From Octopus sinensis (lineage: Eukaryota), in NCBI RefSeq assembly GCF_006345805.1, contig NC_042999.1, forward strand, positions 31,558,001 through 31,622,000: a stretch of 64,000 bases of DNA, read 5' to 3'. Position numbers and translations under genes: made by a program. The notes under the pieces are model-generated. The model made no database searches and was not told where the DNA came from. It was given only the letters and a program-made list of their open reading frames with translations. Numbering within the stretch: position 1 is the first letter of the stretch; each line of letters starts with the position of its first letter. Shown in pieces: positions 37,500 to 51,186 of this stretch.

Positions 37500-37556
37500 T
37501 CATTATTAATATTATCATCATTATTGTTTTATTATTGTTATTATTATTATTATTAT

Positions 37557-37615
<59 letters not shown>

Positions 37616-37632
37616 GTAGTAGTAGTAGCAGT
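37438..37632. repeat. Compound (ATT)n-(AGT)n microsatellite
   Basis: Read directly. Confidence 0.95.
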
Positions 37633-37979
37633 AATGTTTTTCTACTGTGGGCAGAAGGCGTGTAATATCGTGGGGCTAGGACCAATAGATTATAATGACC
37701 ACTAATGGTTTAAAGGTGAAGTCCATCTAGGTGGAATAACAGCTCAGTATGTAAAGAGGGAAGAAATGTTGCTAGCAATTTTGTGCGGTTTACTAAGGAT
37801 TCTACCAGGTCGCCGCCATGACAAGAAGAAGTAATAACAGATGGATACAAGAGATATACTTGTAGATATAACGCCAACAACAATATCAACTGATATATCA
37901 GCCCTAAAAAAAAGAGGGAGCATTAGGAAACATAGCATCAAATAAATACCACAACAATAAGAAGAATATTGGTTTCAAA

Positions 37980-38125
37980 TTTTTAGCACAAGGCTAGAGG
38001 ATTTGGAGGAAAGGTCAAGTCGATTACATCGATGCCAGTGTTCAAGTGGTACTTAGCTTCCGACCAAGAAATGACGAAATGCACAGTCGACCTCGGTGGA
38101 ATTTGAACTACAACGTAACGTGATG
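37980..38125 (-). mobile_element. SINE family B fragment
   Basis: GTCGATTACATCGA..GTCGACCTCGGTGGAATTTGAAC. Confidence 0.65.
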
Positions 38126-38189
38126 ACGAACGAAATGCACACCATCTTGATAGCAATGTAAGTATTGACAATAAAGAACAGCTCGGCTA

Positions 38190-38248
38190 ACAATATCATC
38201 ACCATCACCGTCTTCCTCCTCCTCCTCCTCACCATCATCATCATCATG

Positions 38249-38282
<34 letters not shown>

Positions 38283-38334
38283 GCATCATCATCATCCTCA
38301 TCATCAGCATCATCATTATCATCATTATCATCAT

Positions 38335-38366
<32 letters not shown>

Positions 38367-38476
38367 GCAGCCTCCTCATCATCAGCATCATCATCAGCAT
38401 CATCATCAGCATCATCATCACCATCATCATCACCATCATCATCACCATCATCATCACCATCATTATCATCATCATC

Positions 38477-38534
<58 letters not shown>

Positions 38535-38830
38535 CCATCTTCCTCCTCCTCCTCCTCCCCCATCCTCCTCCTCCTCCTCATCATCATCGTCTTCGTCGTC
38601 GTCATCGTCATCATCACATACATAAACTTCATGGTCGTCCTCTTCGTCGTCATGGTCGTCATCATGTTATATTCGTAGTTATTCTCGTTCTCCTCACTTT
38701 CCTCATCCTCCTCATCGTGAATATTCTTATCAGTATCATTGTCGTCTCTATCCTCCTCCTCCTTCTCCTGCTTCTCTTCCTCTTCATTATCATCATCATC
38801 CTCATCATCGTTATCATGTTCTTCACCTTC
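38190..38830. repeat. (CAT)n/(CCT)n/(CAG)n compound trinucleotide tract
   Basis: Read directly; the source of the poly-I, poly-M and poly-D ORFs. Confidence 0.95.
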
Positions 38831-41471
38831 ATTACAGCTTCTCTGGTTCGATATAGAAAAAAAAAAGGATCCTAAAAATAGTTGGTTTCTTTAAAAGAAT
38901 TGCAAGTACAACATTTTTCATGTGCCCAGTGCATTGTATCTGACGAAATACGAGATCGTCATAGTTGGAACGTCTTTGATCTCACGACAAAAACAAAAAA
39001 CAAATTTAAAATTTACGAAATTTTCCCACTACCACTACACCTGGCTATACTGAAGAAACGTTATCCCCGCTGACAGCAATAACATCACAAAATGAACAAT
39101 GGTAATTACAGCGGTACAACGTCACCACTACCACCTCCTATGCCACGATCGTCACGTTCCCACCACCATCACTACGACGATCCTTACTACCACTATCACC
39201 ATCACCATCACCACCACCACTAGCAACAACAACATCGTTGACACCAACACCGTCACCACCATCACTAACAACAACGTCCACAGTATCATCAATGACAAAT
39301 AAAATTACACTTATCTACAGCAACTGCTGAAACAACTTGTTATGGTAATCATAGCAACAGAATAGATAAAATGCTGAAATAGCGGAAATTTCAAGGAAGA
39401 ACAGCAAAATCTTTCAGCAAAGGTGAATATCCAAGGTGACAGGATGCTGTAGAATTACTTAAGTGGTGGATGGCTCAGTATATATTTACTGCGGCAAGAT
39501 GATGGTAGGTAAGACAGTGATGGCTTCACGTCTCCAGGAAATTAAGTAGGTATCACACGGAAGAATAGCTACCAGAGTGAATATGAGGAGTCATAGAGAT
39601 ATGCATATATAAGCGGCGTGCGCAAGAATCTCAGCAGAGAAACGTTACTCTCAGAGACATATAAGAACCACAATGAAAGGAAGAGGCATCTGAGTAAAAT
39701 ATAGGTTCCAAAGGGAATAGTTGGTGTCCCAGAGATGTGTAGATGTTACAGTCATGTGTTAGCATCACAGGTCCTCCAAGTTCCACTTTAAGGTTTAAGC
39801 ATCACAAAGGTTTATAGGTCTCACAATAAAGAATAGACATAGGTATATATAGGAGCCACAGTAAAGTTTAGGTGTACGTTGAATGTAGATGCACAATCAA
39901 TAGCAGGTATAGTACAGACCTGTAGATAAGATAGTGAAAAGTAGAGACCAGAGAAGTATAGGGGCAATGGATTATTGTTCTTGGTATATGATTTGTACCA
40001 AGATCAATCTTAGCTGAAATGATGTATGATATAAAATATTCCATCTATAATCATCTTGTTAACAGTGTTTAAAATTACATGTTTTATTGAACCTTTAGCG
40101 TCTAATTTGGAGAAGAAACGTTTTTATGTTTCACAGATCGAACGACCATGTAGAGGTTCTCTTTTAGGAAGAGGATTACAGATGTAAATACCCTTACGGT
40201 ACTGTGTTACGTTCACATCGTGTTTGTTCATTGTTTAGGGCTCCTTGCAAGAAGTTTTGGAGGATATACTAAGAGGGATGAGGGGCCGTGGAAAGGTTAA
40301 AACGGTTCAATTTTTTTTTCAGTACGTGTCCAGTAGCAGTATATGACATGAGTATATGACACGAAAGTGGAATGCAAAGAACGGTAAGTGTTCGACATGA
40401 GACAACGTGAAAGCTATGCAAGAATCTTCTTGTCGTAATAACAGTTGTTCATGGTTTATGTCTACCACGAATGGTCAAGAAGATTTAATATTAAAAATGT
40501 AAATAAAACTGAGAAAAATATCTCACGCCAATATTCTAAATGTGTCGAATATAAAATAGAGTACAATGTAGAAGCAAATACTGAGAACAGGGACGGCTGC
40601 GTTTTCGATAAGCAGATACTGTAAGTTGTTCCCAAGAGGCGTACTGACCGATATTTATTTTCCTCTTTCTCTTTGTCCCTTCTAAACCGTTGCAAAGACA
40701 CCTGGAGCAAGAAAGGTTCTCTTCATCAGATATAGCTGGTCTCTGGTTATTTTGCGTTCAAGCACCATTGACTCACTCATCGCTCCCCCAAATCTTTCCG
40801 ACATTATGCCCAAACCCATCCCTACATCTTGTACTAATCACTTTCTTCCCAGTTTATCGGCCTTCTGTTATCCCATCCCGCCAATATACCTTTCATTCAG
40901 TTGTTGGGTTGGGTTGGGAGAGTTAACAATATCATTCTCCTTAGAAACTAATTGAAGGAGATGTTGGAGGAAGTGGGGCCGGAGGGGAAGGGTAGATGGA
41001 GGGTGAAGAGGAGGCGGAGAAGACGAGGGATAGAGGAATTGAAGGAGACAAAGGTGGTGGAATCGGATGATGATGATGAGGAGGAGGAGGAGGAGGAGGG
41101 GGAAGAGGCAGCAGCGGCGGAGATTAGCAAGTCAGGTGAGAGTAACCACAATTATTTTGACAGTTGCCTATACTGAAAATTCACCACTTATATATGCCTA
41201 AGTTAAAAATCAAATTGCATGGAATGATAACGTAATTTGTATATCTTCTTTCTCGTAAAGAACCATTAATAACAGCTTGCTTAGTAAGTTGCCAGACTTT
41301 TGATAAATATTATATTATATTGAAATAAGAATAGTAAATGACTCATGAATTGCAGAGCTCTACAGCAGACAATGCGTCACGCAAGATACACACACACACA
41401 CACACAAGCAAAGACACTTACTCACATATATATGCAAATACACATCTATCTATATGAATATATGTATGTAT

Positions 41472-42110
41472 TGGCTGTGTGGTAAGTAGCTTGCCTACCA
41501 ACCACATGGTTCCGGGTTCAGTCCCACTGCGTGGCACCTTGGGCACGTGTCTTCTACAATAGCCTCGGGCCGATCAAAGCCTTGTGAGTGGATTTGGTAG
41601 ACGGAAACTGAAAGAAGCCTGTCGTATATATGTATATATATATATGTGCGTGTATGTTTGTGTGCCTGTGTCTGTCCCTCTATCATTGCTTGACAACCGA
41701 TGCTGGTGTGTTTATGTCCCTGTCACTTAGCGGTACGGCAAAAAGAGACCGACAGAAATAAGTACTGGGGGTCGAGTTCCGGGTTCAGTCCCACTGCGTG
41801 GCACCTTGGGCAAGTGTCTTCTACAATAGCCTCGGGCCGATCAAAGCCTTGTGAGTGGATTTGGTAGACGGAAACTGAAAGAAGCCTGTCGTATATATGT
41901 ATATATATATATATATATGTGCGTGTATGTTTGTGTGCCTGTGTCTGTCCCTCTATCATTGCTTGACAACCGATGCTGTGTGTTTATGTCCCTGTCACTT
42001 AGCGGTACGGCAAAAAGAGACCGACAGAAATAAGTCTCGGGGTCGAGTTGCTCGACTAAAGGCGGTGCTCCAGCATGGCCGCAGTCAAATGACTGAAACA
42101 AGTAAAAGAG
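41472..42110 (+). mobile_element. SINE family A with an internal tandem duplication (41472-41779 and 41777-42110)
   Basis: The second unit restarts at GTTCCGGGTTCAGTCCC. Both units share private variants. Confidence 0.9.
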
Positions 42111-42125
42111 AGTAAAAGAATAAAG

Positions 42126-42184
<59 letters not shown>

Positions 42185-42594
42185 GCACACGATCTCTCCC
42201 ACACACACATACGTGTGTATGTATGTATATAAAGACAGAGGTATAGAAATTGAAAATTGTTTATACCGAGAAAATAACAGATTGCTTTTTGAAGTTATAT
42301 TCGCAAAACAAATGTTTCTGGTGTCATAAATATACTTCGTTTGAGAGGAAAGTCACACGAACACGAAGAAGAAAAGGCAATTTCCAGTCTTCCTGGAGAT
42401 TGGTAGCATACTTGTATAGAACGTAATCAGAAACGATGTGGGCAACAAATTAAATAATTCCAGTTTAACTTTATTTTCTACACCAGTGACTGCGAAAAAG
42501 AAAGTCACGTGCCGTACGTAACATGTTTATTTCTTAAAAGACAGTTACGATCCCGTAAATTATATCCTTAGGTAAGAATTTTAATAGGTATGTG

Positions 42595-42611
42595 CATGTA
42601 TCTATCTATCG

Positions 42612-42677
<66 letters not shown>

Positions 42678-42711
42678 ATCTATCTATCTATATCTATCTA
42701 TCTATCTATAT

Positions 42712-42758
<47 letters not shown>

Positions 42759-42812
42759 GTCTGTCTATTTGTCTTTTCTGCCTGTCTATTTGTCTGTCGG
42801 TCTAACTGTCTT

Positions 42813-42852
<40 letters not shown>

Positions 42853-42875
42853 ATCTATCTATCTATCTATCTATA

Positions 42876-42936
<61 letters not shown>

Positions 42937-43015
42937 GTCTGTCTATTTGTCTTTTCTGCCTGTCTATTTGTCTGTCGGTCTAACTGTCTTTCTATCTATC
43001 TATTTATCTACCTCT
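42595..43015. repeat. (TCTA)n tract with a duplicated internal interruption
   Basis: CTGTCTGTCTATTTGTCTTTTCTGCCTGTCTATTTGTCTGTCGGTCTAAC occurs near 42757 and 42935. Confidence 0.9.
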
Positions 43016-43165
43016 CTCTATACAAATACAAGTGTGTGTGCGTGCGTGTGTGCGTGCGTGCTTGCATGTGCGTGTGTGTACGCATGACGAGCTCCAGGTG
43101 TGCAAATGGTATTCTGTCAAGAAGCCTGTATGTGGGAGTAGGAAGTCGAATCGATTTTCCTAGCG

Positions 43166-44115
43166 CAGACACATAAAACTCCTGACACGCTGGCTACTTC
43201 TGGCCTATGCAGCAATTTTATCCGGCCCGCAGGACCATTTTGATATCAGCATGAAATTCGTCCAAATAGCGGCATCAGCAACTAGAGTACATTGCCGTCC
43301 TCAGCAACACATATGCCTCCTTGCTATAACTACACATACAAAGTACCTGGCTGAAGCAGGCCATTACATTATATATAGCACCGACTGCACTAACTTTCTT
43401 ACTGAGGGTGTCACCAAATAATGTAATACTCGACAAGAGACAACATCACTGTACCTATTACTTATTGTTGTACAGAAAAACACATTAAAAAGGCATGATA
43501 ACACAGTCACAACTCTTAATTCTAACTGCAACATTGCATCATGGGATACAATTCCATTTTCTAATCGCGTGTTGTGAAGCGCTGATAACGCAGAATCTAC
43601 TAAGCATATAATGCACCGCAACAACCACCTTACCGCTCTTTCTGGTGGTGATTTTCACTGGACGTCATTCAATAGTAGTAGCTATCTATATCAATGATCA
43701 ACAGAAATGTCGATAAGGAAAACAGAGCCTTTCAAATCCGGTGGGAAACCGAGTACATGTTTACTGACATTGATGGCAAAAGCCTTATAAATGGAACGTA
43801 TAATGAGCACTATAATTTAAACCGTGAAATTTATCCAAGGGAAAGAGTCATAACACCGCCAATTTCAGTCATTCCTGCGTGTTATACATCCAGAGTTCAG
43901 TGACACGCTTATCAAACGGAGGTGGTTTGGTTCAGTCGGGGAAAGGTCCTTAATATAGTTTTTGGACTGGTTCAAGAGATATATCATTTCATAGACTGTA
44001 AAGGAAAAAAAATCCAAAGTTCTACGGATTGAAAAGCGGAAATGCAAGCTGGTGTTTCTGGTTGACATAACTGCGCATCTCAATGTTTTAAACATCCAGC
44101 TCCAGAAACTTCTTT
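43166..44115 (+). mobile_element. Internally deleted hAT (Charlie/SPIN-like) DNA transposon remnant
   Basis: Subterminal TCCGGCCCGC at 43221-43230. N-terminus reads VDKENRAFQIRWETEYMFTDIDGK; later segments read EVVWFSRGKVL and VFLVDITAHLNVLNIQLQ, like Charlie-type transposases. Boundaries are approximate. Confidence 0.65.
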
Positions 44116-44639
44116 CATGAAATCTATTGCCTATCATGTCTGCATTGTGTTTCGTCATGCCTTCCAAGGGTGTAAAATTAACCAGAAACCCACAAAGTTT
44201 GACACCTACAAATGGGTAGTTGATAATAGGTTTTTAGTAACAAGGTGTAATTGATGGGCAGGTTTTGTGTGTTTGTGTGTGTATGTGTGAGTGTGTCCAC
44301 GCGCGTGTTTGCATCTGTTGGAAGCAATATTATTTAAGCACGAATAGCTATCGTCATTGTTATGAAAATTAAAGTGTTTACGATATAAGCGGATTCTTAA
44401 GAAATGCTTATCTATTTAGAAGCATGAATCATCGAGCTATACTACTGGATGTATGTAGTATAAGTAGGTGTTGCAACAAGACGTCCTCCCTGTTTCTGAC
44501 TTACTTAGCGTTTGGGGGTGGATTGGGTCTTCTTCACATACATAAACCTTCAGATAAAACGCTCCTCGTTATAGTACAACCAACCCCACGGGAGATTACT
44601 CTGCCTGCCAATAAACCAGTCATTCTAGTTCTGATTATT

Positions 44640-45350
44640 TGATTCGCTGTATAATTAAAACAAGAGGCATGCTGGAATGTCTATTCATATAATATGTTTC
44701 CTGGTTGGGCTTTCTCAACGGGTAACTCTTTTCTGTTCTAATTCTAGTGTTATATATCAAGGATGGTGGCCTTTGTCAAGTTGTAAACGGTTACTGATAG
44801 GCTAAATTAATCGAAGATCTTTATAACACTTATTTTAAAAACATCTCTGGCTTTGCCATTCGTCAGCCATAAAACTGCCAGATCATCGTCATTTCTAGAG
44901 TCAAAGTAGAGAGTATTATATGATGTTTAGGGTGATGAAGAGGTTTTGTAAGGAATTACTTAATTCCCGTTCTCTGTCAAAGTGAATATATTAAAAATTT
45001 GTCAACTTTTTAATCCAGTAGAAATTATCATAAAACAATATTGGCATACTATAGTTCGTAATTATCCTGCTATAGAGAGGGAAATCCTGGTGTATTGTCT
45101 ACCATTATCTAGAACATGTAGATTTCACTACTGTAGGGTAGCTATACACGGTACCGAAGTGGATGCCTTGTAGACTGTTTTATTCTCAATGGCATGTAAC
45201 AGTTAATTTCCAACCCATTGTAAGGGCATTGTAGCCCGAAAGATATCGGAGATGACATCATATAAAAGAGATTTATTTACTAGGCCTATAGCATCCTTTG
45301 ACGAAATGATTAGCCTATATTTAAGATTGGAACGGGAAATAAGCCACTGG
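44640..45350 (-). pseudogene. Highly degraded PLE RT fragment of the same general type as the young element
   Basis: With frameshifts, the minus strand reads DDLAVL..GKARDVFK.SVIKIFD..ILDITLELE..RKPNQETYYMNRHSS.P, matching the DDGLA..FLDVTLDL..RKPN..Y.N..SNHPP series. Confidence 0.55.
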
Positions 45351-46094
45351 CTCTTAAGTGCACAAAATGTTTCTGGCCGTGGTAAAAAGAGTTCACTCGA
45401 TCTTGTGTCTATAGAAGGGTAGCTAGCGCATATACTTCCGTGAATATTTTATACTATAATTTGTTGGCTTAATGTGAAATTGAGCCAATGTCTTATTGAC
45501 TACATTTACTCAGTGTGTACAGCGCTACTTTCGATTGTTTATTCAGTTATATACATTCATACATCCATTCATATATACACACATACATACATATACTTAC
45601 AGATATGTTTACCAACGTCTTGAATGTGTCGATGGGGTACCGTCTTGACGTATGACATTCGGGTCGTTTTGCGCTTAGGCATATTAAAGTTCATCCTTTT
45701 CTAGACTTAACCGATTTTCTCTTTGCTTTGCCCAATGTAATTAACAAAAGGGTCATAATCCTTGTTAAGTCATCAGTTGATCACACTAAAATAATGAAAG
45801 TCATATTCATACATGGCAGAGTTTCACGAAAAGGTTGGAAATCTCCAACAGCTAACATAAGGCATTGTACGTGACGTTGTAACAGTTATATTACTATTCA
45901 TATTGTACTTTTGTGTACGCATTTACGCATATATATGTACATACATACACTTATATATAAGATAGAAAGATAGATAGATAGATAGCTGCATACATAATAC
46001 ACACATATATACACCCATACACGTATAAACATATAATCACATGTATATATTTATGGATATAATTATATAATGTATATGTATATATATATACATG

Positions 46095-46152
<58 letters not shown>

Positions 46153-46187
46153 CGTACATAAGTTTGAATACGTTTATAAATATGCTC

Positions 46188-46233
<46 letters not shown>

Positions 46234-46262
46234 CTTTACCCACTCTTGCACGCACACACGCG

Positions 46263-46294
<32 letters not shown>

Positions 46295-46857
46295 CACACG
46301 TGTGTGTGTGTGTCTATGAGTAACATATTGCAGAGGATGATAATAGGTCAAGTGGTAGACTGGAAGAATCTTGGAAATGAAGTTAGTTCGAATAGCATTT
46401 AGAGTTATGCTGGAAAAGCATTTGTAAATGTTAAATAATATCACCAATGTTATTCTCTGATCAATATTTAGCTAGTGAACTTTGTCCTAACAATATTTGA
46501 CACTCTTACAGCTTGACGTATTGGATATGAAACATCTTACTACTGTGAAATTGGCTGTAATTTGCTGACATTTTCCATTAAAAGACCTATGAAATCCAGT
46601 AATAAGCAAACTAAGTGAAAAGTTTCCAATTGCTACTAAGAAGGGAAACTAAAAGTGGTTGATATTTTGCAAAGACAGAGATAATTTCTAATGCGAAGCA
46701 CTATATAAATTTGCATGCTATTTAGTAAAAATAAATATTAAAGCATAGTTATAAGTATTGAAATTCTTTGAATCATGAAAATTAAGTATATACAAAAATA
46801 TATATACATACAGATATGTACAAGCGAGTATGTTTATATACATACCTAATACATATA

Positions 46858-46961
<104 letters not shown>

Positions 46962-47311
46962 GTGAAATAGAAAGATGAATAATCTTGTAGTAGATTAATC
47001 AAAAGTTTAACCGATACCTTAGTAGCAAAAATCACAGCAGTAAACAGCACGGTTGGAGGTACAACCATATGGTGTTGCAACCGTGCGTTGGTGCGGATAA
47101 TTGAAATTAAAACATTATTGGTGAATTGAAGAAATGGAGCTGAACGCAGATTGAACAGAAATCGTTTTATTTCATTCTACACGTGTTTCGAAAGGCACAA
47201 ATTACCAAAATCCGATTGAATAATGGGACCATATTGTGTCTTTCTCTTCAGGAAGAAAAAAGGAAATCCGTTGGAAAAACAGAACAGAGGCGGAGCAAAA
47301 AACAAATCGAA
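46962..47311 (-). mobile_element. PLE pseudo-LTR remnant, family 2, 3' end at (TA)n; may extend further right
   Basis: Homologous to 22004-22324 and reads as one continuous unit on the minus strand. Confidence 0.7.
47170..47259 (-). ncRNA. Type I hammerhead ribozyme, family 2, second copy
   Basis: Minus strand reads TTTTCTTC-CTGAAGA-GAAAGACACAA..TTGTGCCTTTC-GAAA-CACGTGT-A-GAATGAAA. Stem I has 7 of 8 pairs. Confidence 0.8.
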
Positions 47312-49255
47312 CTGTGCTCCTAAGAGCCCATGGCGAAACAGATGGTATCACATGATTTAAAAGCTGCACCTGGATGTTCGGTGTTCTAGTGTAGTCTATT
47401 TTACGTAAGCATTATAGATATTTTTCTGGTCATTTGAATGCCTGGAAAACGGTCTTAGTTGTTGAATTTCTTTGTTGATTAAATGCTAGGACATAAGCGA
47501 CAATTAAAAAGTTGGAATTAGGGTTATTGCTTAATGGGAAGTATAGTGTAAGGTAAATAATAATGTATTTGTGGGAAGTATAGTAGAAGACAATCAATAT
47601 GTTTGTACGATGAGTGGTGGAAGATAAAAACAGGAACCCCTTGTGGGCAGTAAGGAAATAAGAAACTAGGGAGTATGGTAGAATGTAAACATCGACTTAA
47701 TTGTGGGAAGTATGATCGAAGATAAATACTTTTTTGGAGGTAAGGTAAATTATTCTGATTTTGTATATATCTTGTAAGTTAAACAATAATTTATCTGTCA
47801 GATGACAGAAAATCCAATTTAAATCACTATAATATTTAACTAGGAAAGTAATATATTTTTACATCTTAAGGAGTTTTTTCAACAAAAGAATTTTTGGGAA
47901 GGTAATATTTGCATTCGTGTATTGTTCATCCGCTTTGTCATTTCTGCAATCGTATCTAACATTACATTATACGGAATGTCGTTCAAGTTAAGATAAATAT
48001 ATTGAGTATTATATCTGACCGATATCATTTCAATCATATAATCATATACATAAACGCGCGCACGCACACTCTCGTACACACACTCACACATGCAGAAACT
48101 CGCGCACACATACATATCCATGTACAGAAATGAGTGCGCATATATATATATATATGCATGTGTATTTGTATATGCATACACACATACGGATACTCATGCA
48201 CAAATGCACACACATTCTCAAACACATATAACTATCAGAATTGCATATAGCATCGCTCTGAACTGTACGTAGTTATGTACAACAATTTTCACATATTAGA
48301 TTTGCTATTCAAAGTTTATTTAGGGGTGAAATTGAGCTGACATACGACCAAATCCTTCATTTATTTCCAAATTTCTTATACGTCGGCTCCAACGTCCTTT
48401 AACCTATAATTCTCTATAACCACACTATCAGGTATATCAGGATATCGTAATGATTTAGAAAAAGCGATGGTGCGTAAGACTGAATCATGTTGCTAGTGAT
48501 TCATTAAAAGTTTTGCATACGCAAAATCAGTATTAGTGTTCAGTAGAGATATGGAACTGGAGTAGCCGTTTAAAGCAAATAGGATATACAGTTGGTTTGA
48601 AATATCAAAGCTTAATAATGTCGAAGTGTCGTTGGAAGAGGATGGAAATTCTGGTTTTTGAAATGTTGATACAAATATCATTTACAATATCAAAACAAAA
48701 AAATGTGCTTTTCGAAATAAAAAAGTTTTAGTATTGATTTATTTTAACAAAGAAAGCTGGAAACTATGTTTTGTGAAATTTAATGTTAACTCCTATCATT
48801 ATTCGAGCATGGAAATATAAATATAATTGATTTAATTTATGTTTCATTTACAAAGCACAGAACTGCAATGAGAGTAGAGCAAGTAGGGTGAGTATGGCTT
48901 GTTAACATATGTTTATTTTGTCTCAGGTAGACATAGACATAATCTTATGTCTCTCACGTTTGACCCAGTAGACTACCGGAAGAACAGAGGGCAGCGCTAG
49001 CATCCAAAGACAACTCCTGGTTAGAACTGGGTTGACTGGATCAACGTGAAATAAAATATTTTCTTCAAGGCGATTGCTTATCAAGGAGTTCAACTGACAA
49101 CATTATGGTCAAAAGCAACATTCCTTAATCAGTAATTTACACAACATCACAAATGCAATAGAAATAAAGCAATAGTTTGATTGGGAAGTGAAAATCGGTG
49201 AGAGAATAACTAGTATAGATGGAGTTGTTTTTAGAATATGACACATCAAATATTA

Positions 49256-49323
<68 letters not shown>

Positions 49324-49364
49324 GTAATAATAATAATAATAGTATTAAGGATGATAAAATTGGT

Positions 49365-49930
49365 ATCAAATTTTGGCACAAGGTCAGCAGTTTTAGGAAG
49401 GGAGTAAGTCGATTTTAGCGAACCGAGTGTTGAACTAGTAATTAACTTATCGGACCGCGAAAGGATGGAATGAAATATCGGCCCTGGCAATATTTGGTCA
49501 CAGAACCTAAAAACAGACGAAATTTTGCTAAAAATTTGGCCCGGCCTCTTAAGGCAGAAAGCCAGCAATTTTGAAGGAAGGAGTATGTCGATTTAATCGA
49601 CCCTGGCGCAGTACTAGTATTTAGTTTATCAACCCCGAAAGGATGTAAAGGTAAATTCGACCTCCGTGGCATTTGAACTCTGAAATTAAAACCAGACGAA
49701 ATGCTGTCAAGCATTTCGTGCGACGTGGTGACAATTCTGCCAGCTCGCCGCCTTAAAATTAATAATGTTGTTACTGACCAAACTTTGAACTTTTTGAAGT
49801 TCAAGTTCCGCCGATGTCGACTTTGCAGTTCACTCTCGGGGTCGATCGAAAAACTACCACTGAGGTCAATGTAATCAACATTCTCCCTCCGATGAAGTTG
49901 CTGAACCTGTGTCCAATTTCGAAATCTATA
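49365..49930. mobile_element. Cluster of three SINE family B pieces (49365-49500 -, 49555-49755 -, 49790-49930 +)
   Basis: Family B central and head motifs in each piece. Confidence 0.7.
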
Positions 49931-51186
49931 TTAAAAGTGAAGCAATTCGACATGAGAAAATGTAATTCATAAATATTTCATAAAATACTGTTAAAATCGA
50001 CGCGTCATTTTCTACAAATGAAAAAGAAAATTATGAGATAATAATTTAAATTTTGATACCACCAAAAGAAGAAATACAAAACTCAAAAAACAATAATAAA
50101 TTAATTTTCAGCTAACTAATTGAGATAAAGATAAAATTAGACTGAATTAAACATGTAAAGGTAAGCCAGTTCAGTGTCTGTATAACTGTATTGGTATAAA
50201 CAAACAGCAGACATTCTATCGCGAATATACGTTAAGAAAAAAGAAGAAAAACCAATGGGTAAGGTTGTAATCTTTCCTTGTATTAGTCTGCAAAAGCGTT
50301 ATTACAAACTAGTCTCTGCAAGCAAATGTTTAACAAGAAAAAATATATATCCATCAACTTTCTTCTAATGAAATATATTAAATTAAAAATATTTGAGTTT
50401 GCAACAGTGTATTTCAGCAAGTTCTACAAACTCCATGTCTCATATGGAATGAAAGAAGATACTGTTGAAAAACAGAAAAAAAGGACTATAAAGAGAAAAA
50501 AAAATAAAAACAGAAAATCCGGAACAAGACATCGATTTTCTAACAAGTTCATAACATGTCTTATGAGTAGTTAATGATGTATTTTATGAAAGACACACTA
50601 TGTAACGATACATTTTCAAGTTACAACACTTCAGTGTACTGCATAGCGTAACACAGTATGGTATCATTAATTTGTACGGTATTTACATTAAAATGTGTTA
50701 AAATTAATTGTTTTGAAAATAAATGGGACCATGTATTGCCTTGTTCTTTTCTCTCAGAGTGCGCTCTGCATCAGCCTTAGCATTATTGAAATCCTCGTTT
50801 GTTTACCTTCTGGGTGCATCTGATAATTTCTTTTACAAGAAGCGATTTCGTATATTGTCCCTGATAGTAAAAATATTTCTGGGTCATTATCATCAAAACA
50901 ACACCGCCAGTTGTGGGAGACTGTGCCAACCACAACCTAAGTGGCATTGTATATATGAAGAAAGATTTCTTTCCATTGGTTACACGCTATTGAACCTAAA
51001 CTGCCTTGCAGGATCAATTGTGTATCAGGGAAATGGAGGTGAGCAAAATTTGGGTACTCGAATGTCTTATGACATCAAGAATGAGTCTTACATGCATAAA
51101 TACATATATGTATATATAAACACTCACACACAGACAGACACAATATATATATATGTATATATTATTATTATTATTATTATCATTAT

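Noticed and set aside
36270-37640. Idea that SINE family B is mobilised by Dong because both lie beside TAA/ATT repeats
   Set aside because: On its own strand the SINE is followed mostly by (ATT)n/(ACT)n, the opposite polarity to Dong's (TAA)n, and the 3' ends share no visible sequence.
38053-38875. Long poly-M, poly-D and poly-I ORFs, and all IY/YI/LSIY ORFs in the track
   Set aside because: These are translations of microsatellites that lack stop codons.
40940-41176. Acidic/basic ORF with nearby acceptor-like and donor-like sites
   Set aside because: All three frames from the acceptor hit stops, there is no ATG start, and the composition is explained by GA-rich low complexity.
42541-42577. 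Possible 31 nt micro-exon (AG|ACAGTTAC..CCTTAG|GTAAGA)
   Set aside because: Such signals arise often by chance in AT-rich DNA, and there is no supporting gene context.
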